Source: Callorhinchus milii
Taxonomy: Eukaryota
DNA: 64,000 nucleotides
Assembly: GCF_018977255.1 (NCBI RefSeq)
Contig: NW_024704742.1
Location: 112,036,001-112,100,000 of the forward strand
Direction: 5' to 3'
Part shown: positions 38,710 through 52,839 of the stretch, one piece after another
How the letters are laid out: each line of letters begins with the position of its first letter
Position numbering within the stretch: position 1 is the first letter of the stretch
Made by a program: the position numbers and the translations under genes
Notes under the pieces: model-generated
Told to the model about the DNA's origin: nothing
Databases searched by the model: none
The model's input: the letters and a program-made list of their open reading frames with translations, nothing else

Positions 38710-41700
38710 ATTTCTTTCGCCATGATATTTAAGAATATAGAAATGTTGGCAGATATACAAGAGAATCTGTAATATATATGTATGTTAACATTTTCGTTTT
38801 AAAAAAGTTTCCTGTTCTGTGAAGCCGTTACATTCATTAAGCGCAAACTTTTTAATAGAAAATAAATGTATTCTATTTACTCAATACTTTTAGTTTGATC
38901 CAAAATGATTGTAGTTACATTATGCATGGGCTTATGCAAAGTGCATATTGTTATCAAGGCTATTACTGAACAAAGATTTCAAGACTGTTTATTGAGTTTT
39001 CTAAATAGGCTTTATTACATTTCAGCGTAGAGAAACACATCATTAGTACGTCACAGACCTTATACATTTTCTACATGTTACAAAGCTAAATTTATCAGAG
39101 TGCTAAACATATACAGCCATTCATGGGAAATATTCAGACCTACATATTATTGCAGAAACACTGTACAGTGGTTTATGTTCAATTTACACCCATGCCCTTT
39201 GTGTTGCATGAGAAGTTGAGCATCCTTGGTCTCCATCACACTGATGCATATCCTCATTTATTATTATTCCATTATCAACATGCCTCCTCAGCAGGCCTCA
39301 CTAATTATAATCGAAATATTCATGCCGGCGTTGCCACTTCTCTTACACTGAGGTTGCCCAATTGTGTAGGTGTGACCCAGGACTTAAAAGCTAAATTTCA
39401 GCATCTGTTCATCACAGGTTCTTTCATATGTTGTGGATAATGCAAGTTTTTATTTAGTCCATACTGGTGTATGAGTTACTGTACAGAAAAGAATCTATGC
39501 ATATATAAGCGTTTTGGTTAGCTTTTGATCATGCATTTTGTTCTTTCGAATGCAAGAGAATCTTAGAGAAACAACTGTATATATTAAAATGCAAGGAGGC
39601 ACCATATTCTTTGTTAGTACAGTAGCAGCAGCAAGAATATAGGCTGATAACNTTTTTTACATAAAATATATTTAGACGTAAGTGCAGATCTTTATTTTGA
39701 TACCCTTTATACAATTAATTTTGTTTTGCACAGATGTACAAAAGTAACATTGGCAAAATATGGGTGGGCATTCATTTTATGTTATATGAGATGTAAAAGT
39801 GAGAACCCAAACAAAGAGGTTAGCTATGAGAAAAGCAATGTGCCATGAAATTACGTAAAATTTGTAGCATGTAGCAGGAATCAAAGTAGCTGCCGCAGGA
39901 TATTCACTCCATTTGTAAATATGTCTTTATTGTAAAACTAAACGTTTTAATTTATCGTTTTTAGATTAACATTTATATTTTACATACTTTTAAGAGGGCT
40001 GAAGCAAATTAATATAAGTGCAATCAAGTGCTCAAAAATAAGTACATTCTGATCAAAAAGATTATACTACATAAAATCAGAAATAAATTTTGCACATTTT
40101 TAAATTTTTATAGATAGTCTAATGTAGAACGATTTTCGACAATTTTTGCTCCATGAAATGAACAGAAGAATATTGCCTTTTTTCTTCATTTAGAACAATT
40201 GTAAATGTAAAAACCATACCTATGTGGCTTCAGTTTATTTTCTAATGCTTATAACAAAGAGACAAGAAAAAAATCTGAAATATTCTATAATTCTGAAGAT
40301 TTTTTTACAATAGTTCTTACGGAAATACTGCAGGAAAAAAAAGTATATTTCCACTTTTATAAATGTTTAATGAAAAAATACGAGGGATTAATATTTGTCG
40401 CTTTTCCTTAAATTGATGTATGTTACTGCCCTACAAATGTCACATCAGATAACCCAGAAAAATTACTGCAAACCTCCATAATTACGCATATTCATGATGC
40501 TGTTTTACATAGCGCTAGCAGCACATTGGATAGGAAAGAAAAACACATATATTTGACAGTGCAAAATTACTAAACACAAAAATGCAAATAGACGTAGGAA
40601 CATTCTATTTTTCTTTGGCTTACAGTGAAGCAGAAGTAATAGTCGCTTGACAATTTTGTAAATAGGCTCTGGGAGTGTCAATTTTTTTTAAACTGAAGTA
40701 GATAAATCGTCATTGTCCAGGATTATCAAGGTCAATTAGAATGTAACATTTCCTTAGATACATTTTGTTTCCCACAGACCGCACAGTCAATGAAGGAATG
40801 GTGTCAGTTTTTGATATTGGTATCCCGCACCGCAGCAGTGTGGGGATTTGTATGCGCACAGATTCTGCATGCTGCAGATGAGCTGTGCGCAAATGCTGTT
40901 GGTGAGGTTTTGCATGCGTGATGAAGATGAAGACTGAGCAATACAGTAGAGGTAGAGGCGGACCAATGGCTGGCTCAATAGCCTTTTGTACTGGAGCGGG
41001 AAGCAGAGTTAATCAGGAACTCTACGAGTAATTAATGGCAGAGTTTGGGTAGTGCAAATGCTTGGGTAAACAGCAATTGTTCTTAGCACAAGATTCAAAA
41101 CAGAAGCAACAATACTGGCATTGTCCTGTACCTCTCATTAAGAGGATTCGGGGACAAGAGCTGAGCGCTCAGAGACGGGTGGGAACCTAACAGGCAAACT
41201 GTGCTCTGAACGAGTCTCCCATGATCCCATTACAACAAGCTCTGGCTTTTGGCATCAGCAGTGCCAGCTGCGTTGGGAGAAGCCAAGCCTGTCATAGCAT
41301 CTTCACATCAAATCTTGCAGTACAGAGGCAAAAGCATGGTTGGAGCTTAACGAAGACAGAACTACAATAGGATCCATTAGGGCTCGTTTGTGGACAGGCC
41401 TGTTTACCAGTATATTTCAGACATTGCAAAATGTGTTCTTTTGTTTTAAAGAGTAATTAATGTTTGTTCCCTTCAAAAATGAAAACAAATTGAAAGTTTT
41501 CCTTTTTTTTGTCATGTCTGTTGCAGGTTTTGTGTCTGTTTCTGTTCATAGCAAATCCACTTGTCTAAAATATGCAGTCAAATAGCAATGGTTTCCTTGA
41601 CAGAGAATTTAGTGACATGTAAAAATAATGCTATTTAATCGTGTATATTTTTATACCTATTTTTGATTATCAATTATACGCATAACCTGGCAGAGCTGCA

Positions 41701-44470
41701 GAACATTTTTCCCTCTTTGTGAATTATTAGTATCTGAAGCAAACTCCGCTAAGCACTTTCATTCTATAAATAATTGGTCTTAGCTATTCTGTACGTGTAA
41801 ATTTCTTTCTCTACACCTCTCTTAAAAAATCCCCTCTGACAACAAAAGACACACAGACCTAGTGTTCAAAACAAACAACCCATGAAATATGACAGTGTCT
41901 TACAATGAAATTGTTTCATTGTTTTTTAAGCAACGGATCATCTGTACAATTGCTGCATTGTACACACATACAGTGTGGCCCATTTCTTGTTTACGCTACA
42001 ATGCTGCTACATGATTCAAGTAGCCTCTGTTGCCCGATTTAGCTACAGAAGGCATGAGAATCAGGCAGCATGACAGTAAGGCACTTAGACAAACGAGAAA
42101 TGCTCCAAAATTTCAAGAAAAAAGGTGGGTTTTTTTGCAAAGGATCTTGTTAAAGTTGCTACGCACCTATAACTGCAATACATTTACATTTGTTGAAACA
42201 TGGAAAGAAAAAAACTAAACAAAACTGCACCACGCTTGAACATGTTTACTTGATTACTTCATGTATTAATTTTGAGTCAGAAACTATTAGTCAACGTCAC
42301 ACACTGGGACACCCTATAATTAATGTGTTGAGTGCAGATGAAAAACAAAGTACTTATGTTACAAAAATGAAGCTTATACTTTAGATGTTTCTAAAACAGT
42401 CCAACAAAATGCCAGATTAATTGAAAATGGTTTTGCAGTTAAAAATCTGAAGATAGTTAATATTTTTTTAATGGGATTTAAATTAGGTTCAGCTTATCTA
42501 AGTGCAGCTTATCAGGTTTATCACTGAACAGTTTCTGTACCAGCAGGAGTTTAAGCAAAGAAGCGTTCATTTCCTTTATGTGATCTGCATAAGATGATGT
42601 CTGCTACTGCTCTGTCACTGCAAGAATTCATAGCTTTAGAAAATCGTCACTTTGCCTGCAGGCAAGGGAAAGAATTTTAGTTTTACTGTATGGCATCTAA
42701 TTAGTAATACCAGTGATTATTAATTTAAAAAAAAACAATCTGCGCTTTCAATGCTCACTTTGTATTCCCAAACTATACAAACACAATGCAAATGTTTGAA
42801 ATAATTACTGAATAGCTTTTTGTGGAATAAACTTAACAAATTAACAAGTGTGTACTTTAGTTGGCAGAATCAGTGTGCTTTGAGAAGATAATACACTGTG
42901 AAGTGCTTGGAATGCCTATGTATGATAGTGAATGCTTTGCACTTTGCAACAATACAGCATAAAATATTTGATGAGAAAGGCATTCATTAGGGCCCTGAAA
43001 AGGAGGAAATTTGACTATTGCACGTATGATAAAAGTATTTTAAATAAGGATGTTTATTTTAAAATGTTATTGCTCTCTTAACCTGATAAGATTCTTACTT
43101 TAAAATAAAAATAAGAGAAGTGCTGAAATAGATGATTATCTATGAGAGCAGAGATATAATCACAACTAAATTTGAGTTTCTTTAAAAAAAGTTATAAAAA
43201 TAGATGCAAGTAAACACACCTTTGCAAATCACCACTGTTCTAAATCATCTTGGTTCCACTTAAAATTAACACCTGGCATAGATGACACAAAAGGTTATTC
43301 TCACCTTTGTGTTTTTTTAAAAAGGACATTCTTGTTTTTTTTAAAAAATCTTTTCTCCAATTTTTTTAAAAAACCTGAATAATAATTTGACCTTCAACAT
43401 GTCAATTTTATAAATTTTTGTGGTATGTTGCAGCTGATGTAATGGTTTAAGATGCACCAGTGTGATCTCAGCATAGAGATCGCACCAAGAGATCACACCT
43501 TGGTCGGAAATGGAATTTAACATTTTATTCTGTTTTGACATAGAAATGATATATTCTGGTTTCGGATGTGCATTTGGTTACAGAGCTACCATTTTCTGTT
43601 TTATTTTTGAGCAAACGAAAAAAATTCTGTCTAGTCAGTGAAAGGAATCTTTTTCATAAAATAAGTATTTTTCCTGTTAATTTATAAAGATGTTGCACTG
43701 GGATTCTATCTCCAACATCCTGGTCTATTTTGGGGGTAAATAATATTTTCATCAAGTGAAAAAAAATTCAGTAATACGTCTTAAGGCCTGTAAATTGGCC
43801 TAACCTTAACTTGTATGTGCATATTATACAGATTTGTGGAACCTTTTTGAATTCAGTCTTAATTTGGAATGTGGTTCTTTTTAAAAACTGGCTTCCAAAT
43901 TGAGGCTGAATTCCACAATTCAGCTCGATATCAAATTTTTAAGACAAAATGATCTGCAATTTTGGGCCTTTTCTGCACAAGTCTACCTGTATTCTAACCT
44001 CTTTTTACCTTAGTGAGAAAAGAAGAACAGTGCAAACCTTCAAAACAATGAAAATATTAAATACTAATTATTGCATTTCCTGATCTGCAATTTAAATTAC
44101 ACTGTGGAATCAAATGAAACAACAGACTATACTGGAATGGAGCATAAAACATTGGTCCAACTTCCATCATTGCGTCTTGATGCTTGTAATCAAGCAAGTA
44201 CAACAGCCATGATAATTCTCTTCCTTGCATTTTTTGGTGTGTGGGTTATTCATGGCGACCAAAAGATGCAATAATGCTAATAAACCAATGTAGCAGGCAT
44301 GTCAAGGACAAATGATAATTGTTATTAAAATGTGTGCTATAGCAGAACCTGCATCCCTACATACAATCTATGTCAGAATCTTTTGATTCCATCTACATAG
44401 GAGCAGATCAACCTTCACAAATGCACATTTTATTTACATGTGGTGGTGCCTTTCCCACTTGGACCCCATT

Positions 44471-44662
44471 TTCCCTTAAAAAAATAATAATTTGGTCACT
44501 CAATCCACGACTGCTTGTGGGGCACTGCTGTGTGCAATTGGCTTCCGTGTTTCGCCCACAAATATATAGTCAATTCACTTTACAGTATATTCTGTGAAGC
44601 GCTGTGAGATGTCTCGAAGACGTGAAAAGCGCTATATCAAAATGCAAGGATTATTATTATTT
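44471..44662 (+). mobile_element. tRNA-derived SINE, 5'-truncated copy
   Basis: Same body and GCAAGGA(TTA)n tail. Confidence 0.9.
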
Positions 44663-45109
44663 TCTGCCATTTACGGAGCCAGGTTCCCACAGTGGAGACT
44701 TTGATATTCCTTAAAGACGTGACAACAAAAGAATCATTGAAAATGATTGCATTTGAAATATTTTCCTGCAAACAAAATATTTCAATTGTAAACTGTAAAA
44801 TAATTGTGAGGGATATTTGTTACTTCATGAAAATAAAAAAAATTCCTCAAAGCAGTAATTTTATTATTAAATTTCCATAGTACATTTTGAATATATTTTT
44901 TAAAAAAATTTGTTTGAACATAGTGCAATGCCATCAAGGAAGATTAGAATTTAGACAGGGAAGTAAGATTTTCAAGTCAAACTTGTTTTGGGAAGGAACA
45001 GAAATCATTCAAGTACTGTAGTTTCCAAGTAATATATATATCAAAAATTAGAAGCCTTCTTGCTGGAGATCATAGTGATACTTTGGAGATTTCTTAATTT
45101 ATGTTTTGC

Positions 45110-45340
45110 TTACGTTGGAGAATAGACGAGCTCTTGAGGAGAGTAGATTTTTAGGTTGCTCAGATGATATCCTAAGACACGGCAGTGATGATAGAGTTTG
45201 AGTTTTTGGAGAGGAACAGAACAGGAGCTTGGGCCAGAGAGCAGTAGCAAACCTGGGAAGGTAGTCAGTGAGAAAGAAGTCAACAACATAGGGCTTGAAT
45301 GAATGGAAAGGAATGTCTGAAAATACTGCAGTCGGATCTG
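45110..45340 (-). mobile_element. possible highly degraded L2 ORF2 fragment
   Basis: Minus-strand peptide ...GYHLSNLKIYSP weakly resembles L2 YFHLRNIARLRP; composition differs from the flanks. Confidence 0.25.
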
Positions 45341-48300
45341 ATAAGTAGATCTTCTCATTAGGCTTTCTTTGGAATCACGGCATGCAATACATTATGTTAG
45401 AGAAAGAAAGGCATAAGCAAAGCACACAATACCAGAGTTTACTGCGGTAAAGGTTATCGTTATCACATCAGGATATCCTTATGTGTAATGTGGTGGAAAA
45501 GTTTTCTTTTTCAAATTTAAATTATGTGCACATTGGTAACAATTGCTATGTGCGATGTTTTACTCAAGTCTCCATGCACACATAATTTCAATGTGTTTGT
45601 CTTTTTTTGCTCAACATAAATAGGACATTAACTCTTGGAATCCTAGAATTTTAGATTCCAATTAATAGGGATTTATAGCACATTTTTGACTGATGCATTA
45701 TTTAGTTCATATTGATGATAGTATGAATTATTTTCAATACGTATATAATGTTTACGTTTGACCATGATTGGCTGAGAATTCTGATTTCACCACAGACCAC
45801 ACCAACTCAAACATTAATTGCTTGCACTGCGGCTCGGAAAATCACAAAGAGTAATGGAATACAAATTTAAACATTTTAAATGTTTACATGTAATTAGCGT
45901 ATATACAAATTAGCTAATGGCAACAATAAACAAAAGGTTCTTGCTTATCTAGCTTTGAAAACTCTATGCTCCACTTTAGCATTTGACATTGCCTCGTGGC
46001 AATACATTCCCTGGTGTACTAAAACCCACATTCCCATTCTTTACTGGCAGAATACAACCATTGATTCCCCTTCACAAGCTTGTACACTTCACCCTGGTGC
46101 TTTTGTCACAGCACTAAGTGATATCGGTTGTAAACTTGTGCCTCTTTGTTATCGATTCAAGCATTACTTTAACTCATTTTTTAAAAAAAGTTTTTAATAA
46201 ATTTTATCGGCTTCCTTGAGCATTCATCGGTACAATTGCCAGGGAAAAGATACATTCCACTAATTGCAGTGCAAACAAGAAAGATTGTGTTATAGAATCA
46301 CATAAGACAGGTTCAATCTGATAATTAAATGAAGTGCAGGATTGTAATGGAACTTTACCACATAAAGCGCAGTTAGCTCATCGCTATTATTTCAATAAAT
46401 ATAAATGTGTTTATCGACCACAAGCTAATTAGGAAAGACAAACTTGCTGTCCCTTCTTTTTCCTTCCACCTGTCTGCTTGTAAAGAGTTAACCTGAGATC
46501 TCTATATGCTAAACGGGTAACATGTATTTCTATGTATCGCCATAAAAATATGTGTAGAATTAAGCAAAGAAAAGTTAAGAATGTAGCCCTGCCCTCTGCT
46601 GTGGTTTGAGAGCAAGCCAACCATCAATGGTGCTTCTTTTGACACTCCACTGCAGGGCACCAGCAATGCTCTGCCTACCTTCTGCTGCATCGTTTTAATA
46701 AGCCCTTTTACCTTCAGAATATGGCAAATGCAATAATGTGCGTGCTATACATCTTCTGTTGTAAAAATCTTATTTGGCTTCAGAATTCTCCAGTGACGGC
46801 TGAATACAGCTTATGACTGTACTGCTGATTTTTTTTCAAAAGAAGCAGTCCGCCCCTTTAATGTGCTTATTTAAAAAGAATATCATGCATGCAAATGAGG
46901 GAATGCAGCATAGTATTAGAAAGGTGATAATTGCTGTTCTGTATGCTTAATAATTCTTGGCTTGATCATTATGAAAGACTTCACATTGATTGCAATGTTG
47001 GCAGCTATACAAACATACATCATCTGAAAGCAAGCAATGAGAAAAAAAAATCCTTGAGTAGAACATGCCTACTACTGCACAATGCTATGGTTACCTTTCA
47101 CCCAATGCACTTGTGTGGAGCTTAATATAAATCACAATGGCTGACTGTGTTTTTTTAAGACTGCCTTCTCCCCCTCCGCACTTTATTTCAGTTACTGCTT
47201 AGACAGTTGTTGCCTGACAATTTTTTAAAAACAACCCTCTTCGAAAAAACATATTCATTTACACTTAACAGATGAGACTGAATAATGCAACAAAATTGAA
47301 AGTTGGGCAGTTTGGGGGAGGGGAGTGGGGGAATGGTTGAGACCCAAGAAGGAAGTTTGTAGTGATACTGAGAGTCCAGCTGCAATGCATGTCTTCACTG
47401 TCGCCAGAGCCATGGGAATGGCAAAACCAGTTAAGGTTCAAGGTCATCTCTGACATTCAGCTGTCAGGAACTGTATTGTCTGTGGGTCTTCACTCCATTG
47501 ACACATTTAAAGGTACTTTATGGTAGCCACAAAGAAGTAGTCGATTGATACCATTACATTTCATGCGCACACAAACTGTTGGCCCATATGGAACTCTGTA
47601 CTGATGGAATTGTTTAGCATTTATCCATTCAAGGCATACCAAAAATATAACCTTTCTTTGCTGAATTGCACTAGGCACTTTCAAGTTGCTCAGAACATTT
47701 TTTAATTGAGATAACGGTACGCATATGAAACGGTCCACGGCATTTGCAGATCTGCCCGAAAAGTACCGCCATTAGCCATTAAGACAACCATACACACAAA
47801 ACAAAAGTATAGTATGAAAAAGAAGAAAAAGATAAATTTATCCACTTGCAGTTTTCCAAGGGCCTTAGGGAAGTCAAATTGCTCAGAAATGATATAAGAC
47901 TTTGCAATGAAAAGAGGTAAAATGTAAGCCTAGGTCAGGATACGGACTGTGATTAGCTCCATTGTTGGAGCCCCTTTTGAGCCTCGTTGGTCCCAAAGAA
48001 AACACCACTAATGAATCTATCTGAGCTTGGCAGAACTTTGTATTGAAGACAAGTTATAGAGGTTCTCCAAAGCGTAAATCTGTGTACAGTCCTCTCCATC
48101 TCTAGAAGAACAAGAACCTCAAAACTCCCTTTTTTTCTCTTTTGTTCCATGCTCATTTTTCCCAAAGAAGCTTTTTTTTGTGGTTTCCCATTCTTTTGAA
48201 AATATATGCAAAGTAAAAGGAGAATAAATAGTGATGCTGCGATAAAAGTGAATCTCGGGAGAAAGAGATAGGATCAATAACATGAGAGCTACTTTGTTAG

Positions 48301-51300
48301 TCATACATTATGTCAATATTTATGCTGTGGAGAATTTTACTGTTAATACATATCTCAGTATCCTAGCTAAAAATAAAAACAATTATACCTAGCATCTTAC
48401 ATTACAAATTGAGGGTTATGAGGATCATCTTTGCAACAGGCATCTTAGGTTTCCAGATATGTTTTTGTTTCCACCAAAAATAGCCAAGAAAGAAAGTATG
48501 GCAACTGCATATGTTCCAGTTAGGAATTATATGATTGAATTTCAGAGTTATTAGAACCACAGGCAGCAAAAGCATCATTATTGTGCATTTTATTTATAGA
48601 AACAATTCCTATGTCTAAAATGGTACCTTAGCACTTCATTATTAAGTGACATGCAGCTGTATTCAAGACTGAAAGGACATCTTTATCGCAACACATTTTT
48701 TTCATTTTGCTAGAGGCTCTAAGAAAATTCACAACAGATTTGCATGAATATGGTATTTATTTACTTTGTCATCAACACAATGACTTAATAAAATGCCTGG
48801 AAGTGCTGAAAAACTACAAAATCTGAGGTTGTTTTGTTTTGCCAGCAATGAAAGATGTGTTAAAATTAAACGGTTGCATTTAAGCAACGTCAAATTCTTA
48901 TTTATCTGAGCCAATACTTTTCAAATAAAACTGGAGCTACTTGTCAACAGCTTCAATGTTGGTCTTCTGACTGTTTATTATTTAGTTTGTTTCTGACACT
49001 TAGTAAAAGAGACATTTTCTCTGAAATCTGTAAGATAAACCTTTGGGCAGTGTTGTAAGGAGTAAAGTCTCATGCGATCAATTCTGACATGTCACAACTT
49101 TTTTTTCATCTACCCCACCACCTCCTCCACCCTACTCCCCAACTAGGAATACAGCAAATCGTCAAGAACCACTTTATTCCCCCAACTCTCCATTTGTGCG
49201 TAAACTAAAATGTAATATTCCTGAAAACATTAGTAAATCTGTTATTTTAAAGAAAAGTAGAACTTAGATAAATCAACTTGAATTTGAAATTCACTGCAGC
49301 ATATTAAATGGCGCAGTCTCATTGTAAGAGAGGGCGACCCGGGGGCTTCTTGCAGTTTGAAGCTAATTGTTTTCGTCAGGATGGGAACGTCTGGAAGTCC
49401 ATTGCAGTGTCCCACCAGCACAGCTTCAGTAACTGAGCCGGCCTGCAGAGAATGAGCCCACTTTGTAGCAACACAGCAGGCTCAAACACCACCTATTCTG
49501 CTCTCCAAACTGTCATGCATAACAACTTTATTGTGCTAAATTGAACTTGAAAGCAACCAAAGGCTATGAGAAGGAGAGGCTATGAGAAAAGCGTGCTGTC
49601 AGCGTTGGCAAAGGCTGACCTGGAAAGAAGACTCCGAGACAGGAGAATAAAAGACCATGCCCCATGAACACAACATATTGTTTCATTTTAAAGTATGATT
49701 CCCATACAACAGAAAATAGAAAATGTGATGTAAATTTATTTAAATAGATTCTACTGTTCCAAAGTTTGCCAGTCACTCCTGCTTAACTTTCCCAGCTCCC
49801 TGATTCATTGCTTACAGTGGGAATATAATGACATATAGTCATCATTGTAACAGCTTCTTTGCAGGGGCACAATAATAATGATTAATAGCTTGCAGCAAAT
49901 TTTCACATGGGCTCTGAGGCACTGAGTACCCCAAACACTCCCAAATCCCCCTTTTCTGTTCCTCTCAAAAGTCGTCTCCTTGTACCTCAGAGTTATGAAC
50001 AAAGCCTATCTTAATTCCAATCAGCTTTCGTTAATTCAGAGTAGACCTCCTTTTATAACTGATTCATGCGCCTTTTTCTTTCTTTCATTTATCCACCTCT
50101 TTTCATTTTGTGCTTCAGAGGCACATTGAAGTTTTTTTTCAACATTTGTTCCCAGGATTGCTGAATCTTTGCTGAAAAAAAACTTAAAGTAATAACTGTA
50201 ATCTGCTAGAGAAGGAGAAAAATCTCTGTTTGTAACAAAAATCCATTCCCCCCTCCCCACACATACACTCCTATTTTAAAATTCTTTGACCAACACCAAG
50301 TTGTAAGATGTGTAAGGGAGCAGCAGGCCTGACAGGCATAAATCTGGGTTTGTCCAGAGTTTGCGGAGCTTTAACAATAGGTTGGCTCTATTCATTGTAT
50401 CACGGCTGGTTCCCATGAGAGACTAACAACTGAGACAAGAGTAGATCAGTTTTCCTGACGGGGATGTTTATTCATTTTAAGGTGGTAGTCACTTCCAAAT
50501 GAAAAGGATTCACATTAGGCTTGATGTGTATGACACATATTCATAATGGACCCCAACTACAGTACAGAGTTAAATGGAAGGGTTCAGACAGACTGTGCAC
50601 TTCAAAGCTCATTCATTTTAACCCTTTTAACAGCAGGGTGACAAAATATCTGTACCTCACGTCTTTTTATGTAATTTTATACCGTTCTTCGCCAATAATT
50701 TTCTGGTACTGAATGTACATCTGTGACCTACATATTCTCTTGTCAGTTTATTAGCCTGTCTACAAATGCTGAGCACAGACAAAGTTTACATAATTTAAAC
50801 ATAAAGCTTTTTAATACGATTATACAGGAAATGCTATACAGTATTAAGCAGCCACCCGAGGGACACCCGAATGTGAATGTTTGAAGCAGGTGGTTGCTTA
50901 ATCCGGATGCACTAGTTGGCACAGCCAAACTGCACCTCAGGTGAGTTCACTTGCAGTGTTGTGCTATAAACGGTTATGAAAAATGTTGTGCTGTTCCATT
51001 GGATTTTTTAAAAAAAATTGCATCTCTTTTTTCATTTAATGATCCTTGCGTTTGATATTTACATTTATTCTTTCAAATTGATTTTGTTTGCTATATTTTT
51101 TGCTCAAATTTGCCTGTCATTTGCTTTCTAATCTTTCAATTTTCCTCTCTCTCTCTCTCTCTCTCTCTACGCCCTTCACTTATATTCTCCAGCCCCTAAT
51201 CTTTCTCATGTGATACAAAACAATGCATGTTACAGAGTTGCCAAGTGTCAGCACACATTGTTGGGTGGGGTGTTGTCGAGTAATCTTATCACTTCTTGTG

Positions 51301-52589
51301 CAAATCAGTATCCACAGCTTCCAAAGGTGTGATTGAGACAATCAAATGTCAATTAGCATCATCAAAGCTAATATACCTACAGTGACTCCTTGTTTCTGAT
51401 GGAAAGTTGGAATATTTCCATTTTCAGAATATTGTTAGTTTGATTTGAAACTTCAAACTTAGGATCAGGTAAATTCCTGAAAAAAGTACATTATCTGATT
51501 AAACAAATGGCCTGTAACATCAGGTGACTGCTAAGCAAACATTAAACCAAGTGCCCCTGTACATTGAGATTACCCATTTATACCAAAATGCAGATCTTAC
51601 TAACACAGCAACGCATAATGCATTTCTCACTGTTACAAATGCATTCCAGCAATTATTACATGATTGCCAAATTCCCCTTCATCCTCTGACATTCGCAAGT
51701 ATGTTACAAAGGCTCTTTCGCAACAGTATAACTCAACCTTGGCAATGAGATTAATTCCACTGGTGTGTGTGTGTGAGACAGAGAAACCTGGTAGAATTTT
51801 AAACTTGTCTTTAAATTAATTTTGAACATGACCATCTCTCTTCCCACACACTACTGTTGATAATTGAGAGGTAATGCATGCACAGGATTTATTTTTCAAT
51901 TTACTACATAGAAAATGTCAGTCGTGCAGTAATGTATTTAGTGATTCTCTTACCAAAATACATGACATTTTATAAACATTTTACCTGGTACAGAAAATTG
52001 TAGTTTATTGGCTTACACGATCTTTTGAGAAGTTGAATTACACAGAGGTATGATTATGATCAAAAGATGTAAAATACTACATTTAATGTAGATATGTAAA
52101 CATTTATTTCTGTTATTAGATAAATACTCTGAATTGGTAGGTAGTTTTTATTATTGCGGCAAATTAGTACTTTGTAATAATATAGTAGTGCTGTCACATG
52201 TGTACCTCTGGGTGTGATTCTCATTTATTGTGTTGCTGTAACAAGTCAGGACATGTAGAACAGCCCAGTTGTTATAGTGCAAATTGCACTGGATCTCAAT
52301 GCAAGAACAATTGAAATGGCCTGAAAAGTCATCATTAATTATCTGTTTAGGGGTTGTGGCTATGGCAGATTCATGGAGAAAGACATAGGCTAGTACAGGC
52401 ATGCTGAAACAAGCCCCATTCACCAATTAACAATGGTTTGTAAACTTAAATGAAAAAAAAGCATCTTTACGTAATATTTCTCTTCCTCCCTAGGGGTAAA
52501 GTAAGCAGGGTCTACCTCATGCTAAGATAGCTCTTTAGATTACCTGCTTAGCATGGTAATGTTGGAAAACAGTGAACCATCTGTGACAG

Positions 52590-52790
52590 TCCTGGGAACT
52601 CAGTTCCTGAGCCAGGCGGTTCCATGGTCCTCCAGGGCACTGCTGACAGCAGACCAGCGAACCTGGCTCATTGGGAGTAGGGATTCTTCCTATTTACCCT
52701 GCAAGCCGAAGCCCTAAAGGGTAGGGTGATCCTAGCCGGACAGGCAGCGGGAAGCTTGACAGACAGTAGCATCAATGGCAACTCACTGTG
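52590..52790 (+). mobile_element. unclassified dispersed repeat domain (copy 1)
   Basis: Its reverse complement aligns with 58980-59180, e.g. TTCCCGCTGCCTGTCCGGCTAGGATCACCC vs TTCCCACTCCTTGTCCAGCTAGAACAACCC and CAGGTTCGCTGG..GCAGTGCCCTGGA vs CAGGTTGGCTGG..GCAGTGCCTTGGA. Confidence 0.7.
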
Positions 52791-52839
52791 GTGTCCACAA
52801 GACTTGTCTCTTGACAACCTGTGCCTTATACTTCTCTTT

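Noticed and set aside
46646..46662. CTCF-like CCACTGCAGGGCAC (also ACACAAGGTGGCGA near 58900)
   Set aside because: Mismatches at core positions; not supportable without PWM scoring.
47290..48310. Several short minus-strand ORFs suggesting a decayed transposase or gene
   Set aside because: No recognisable domain motif in any frame.
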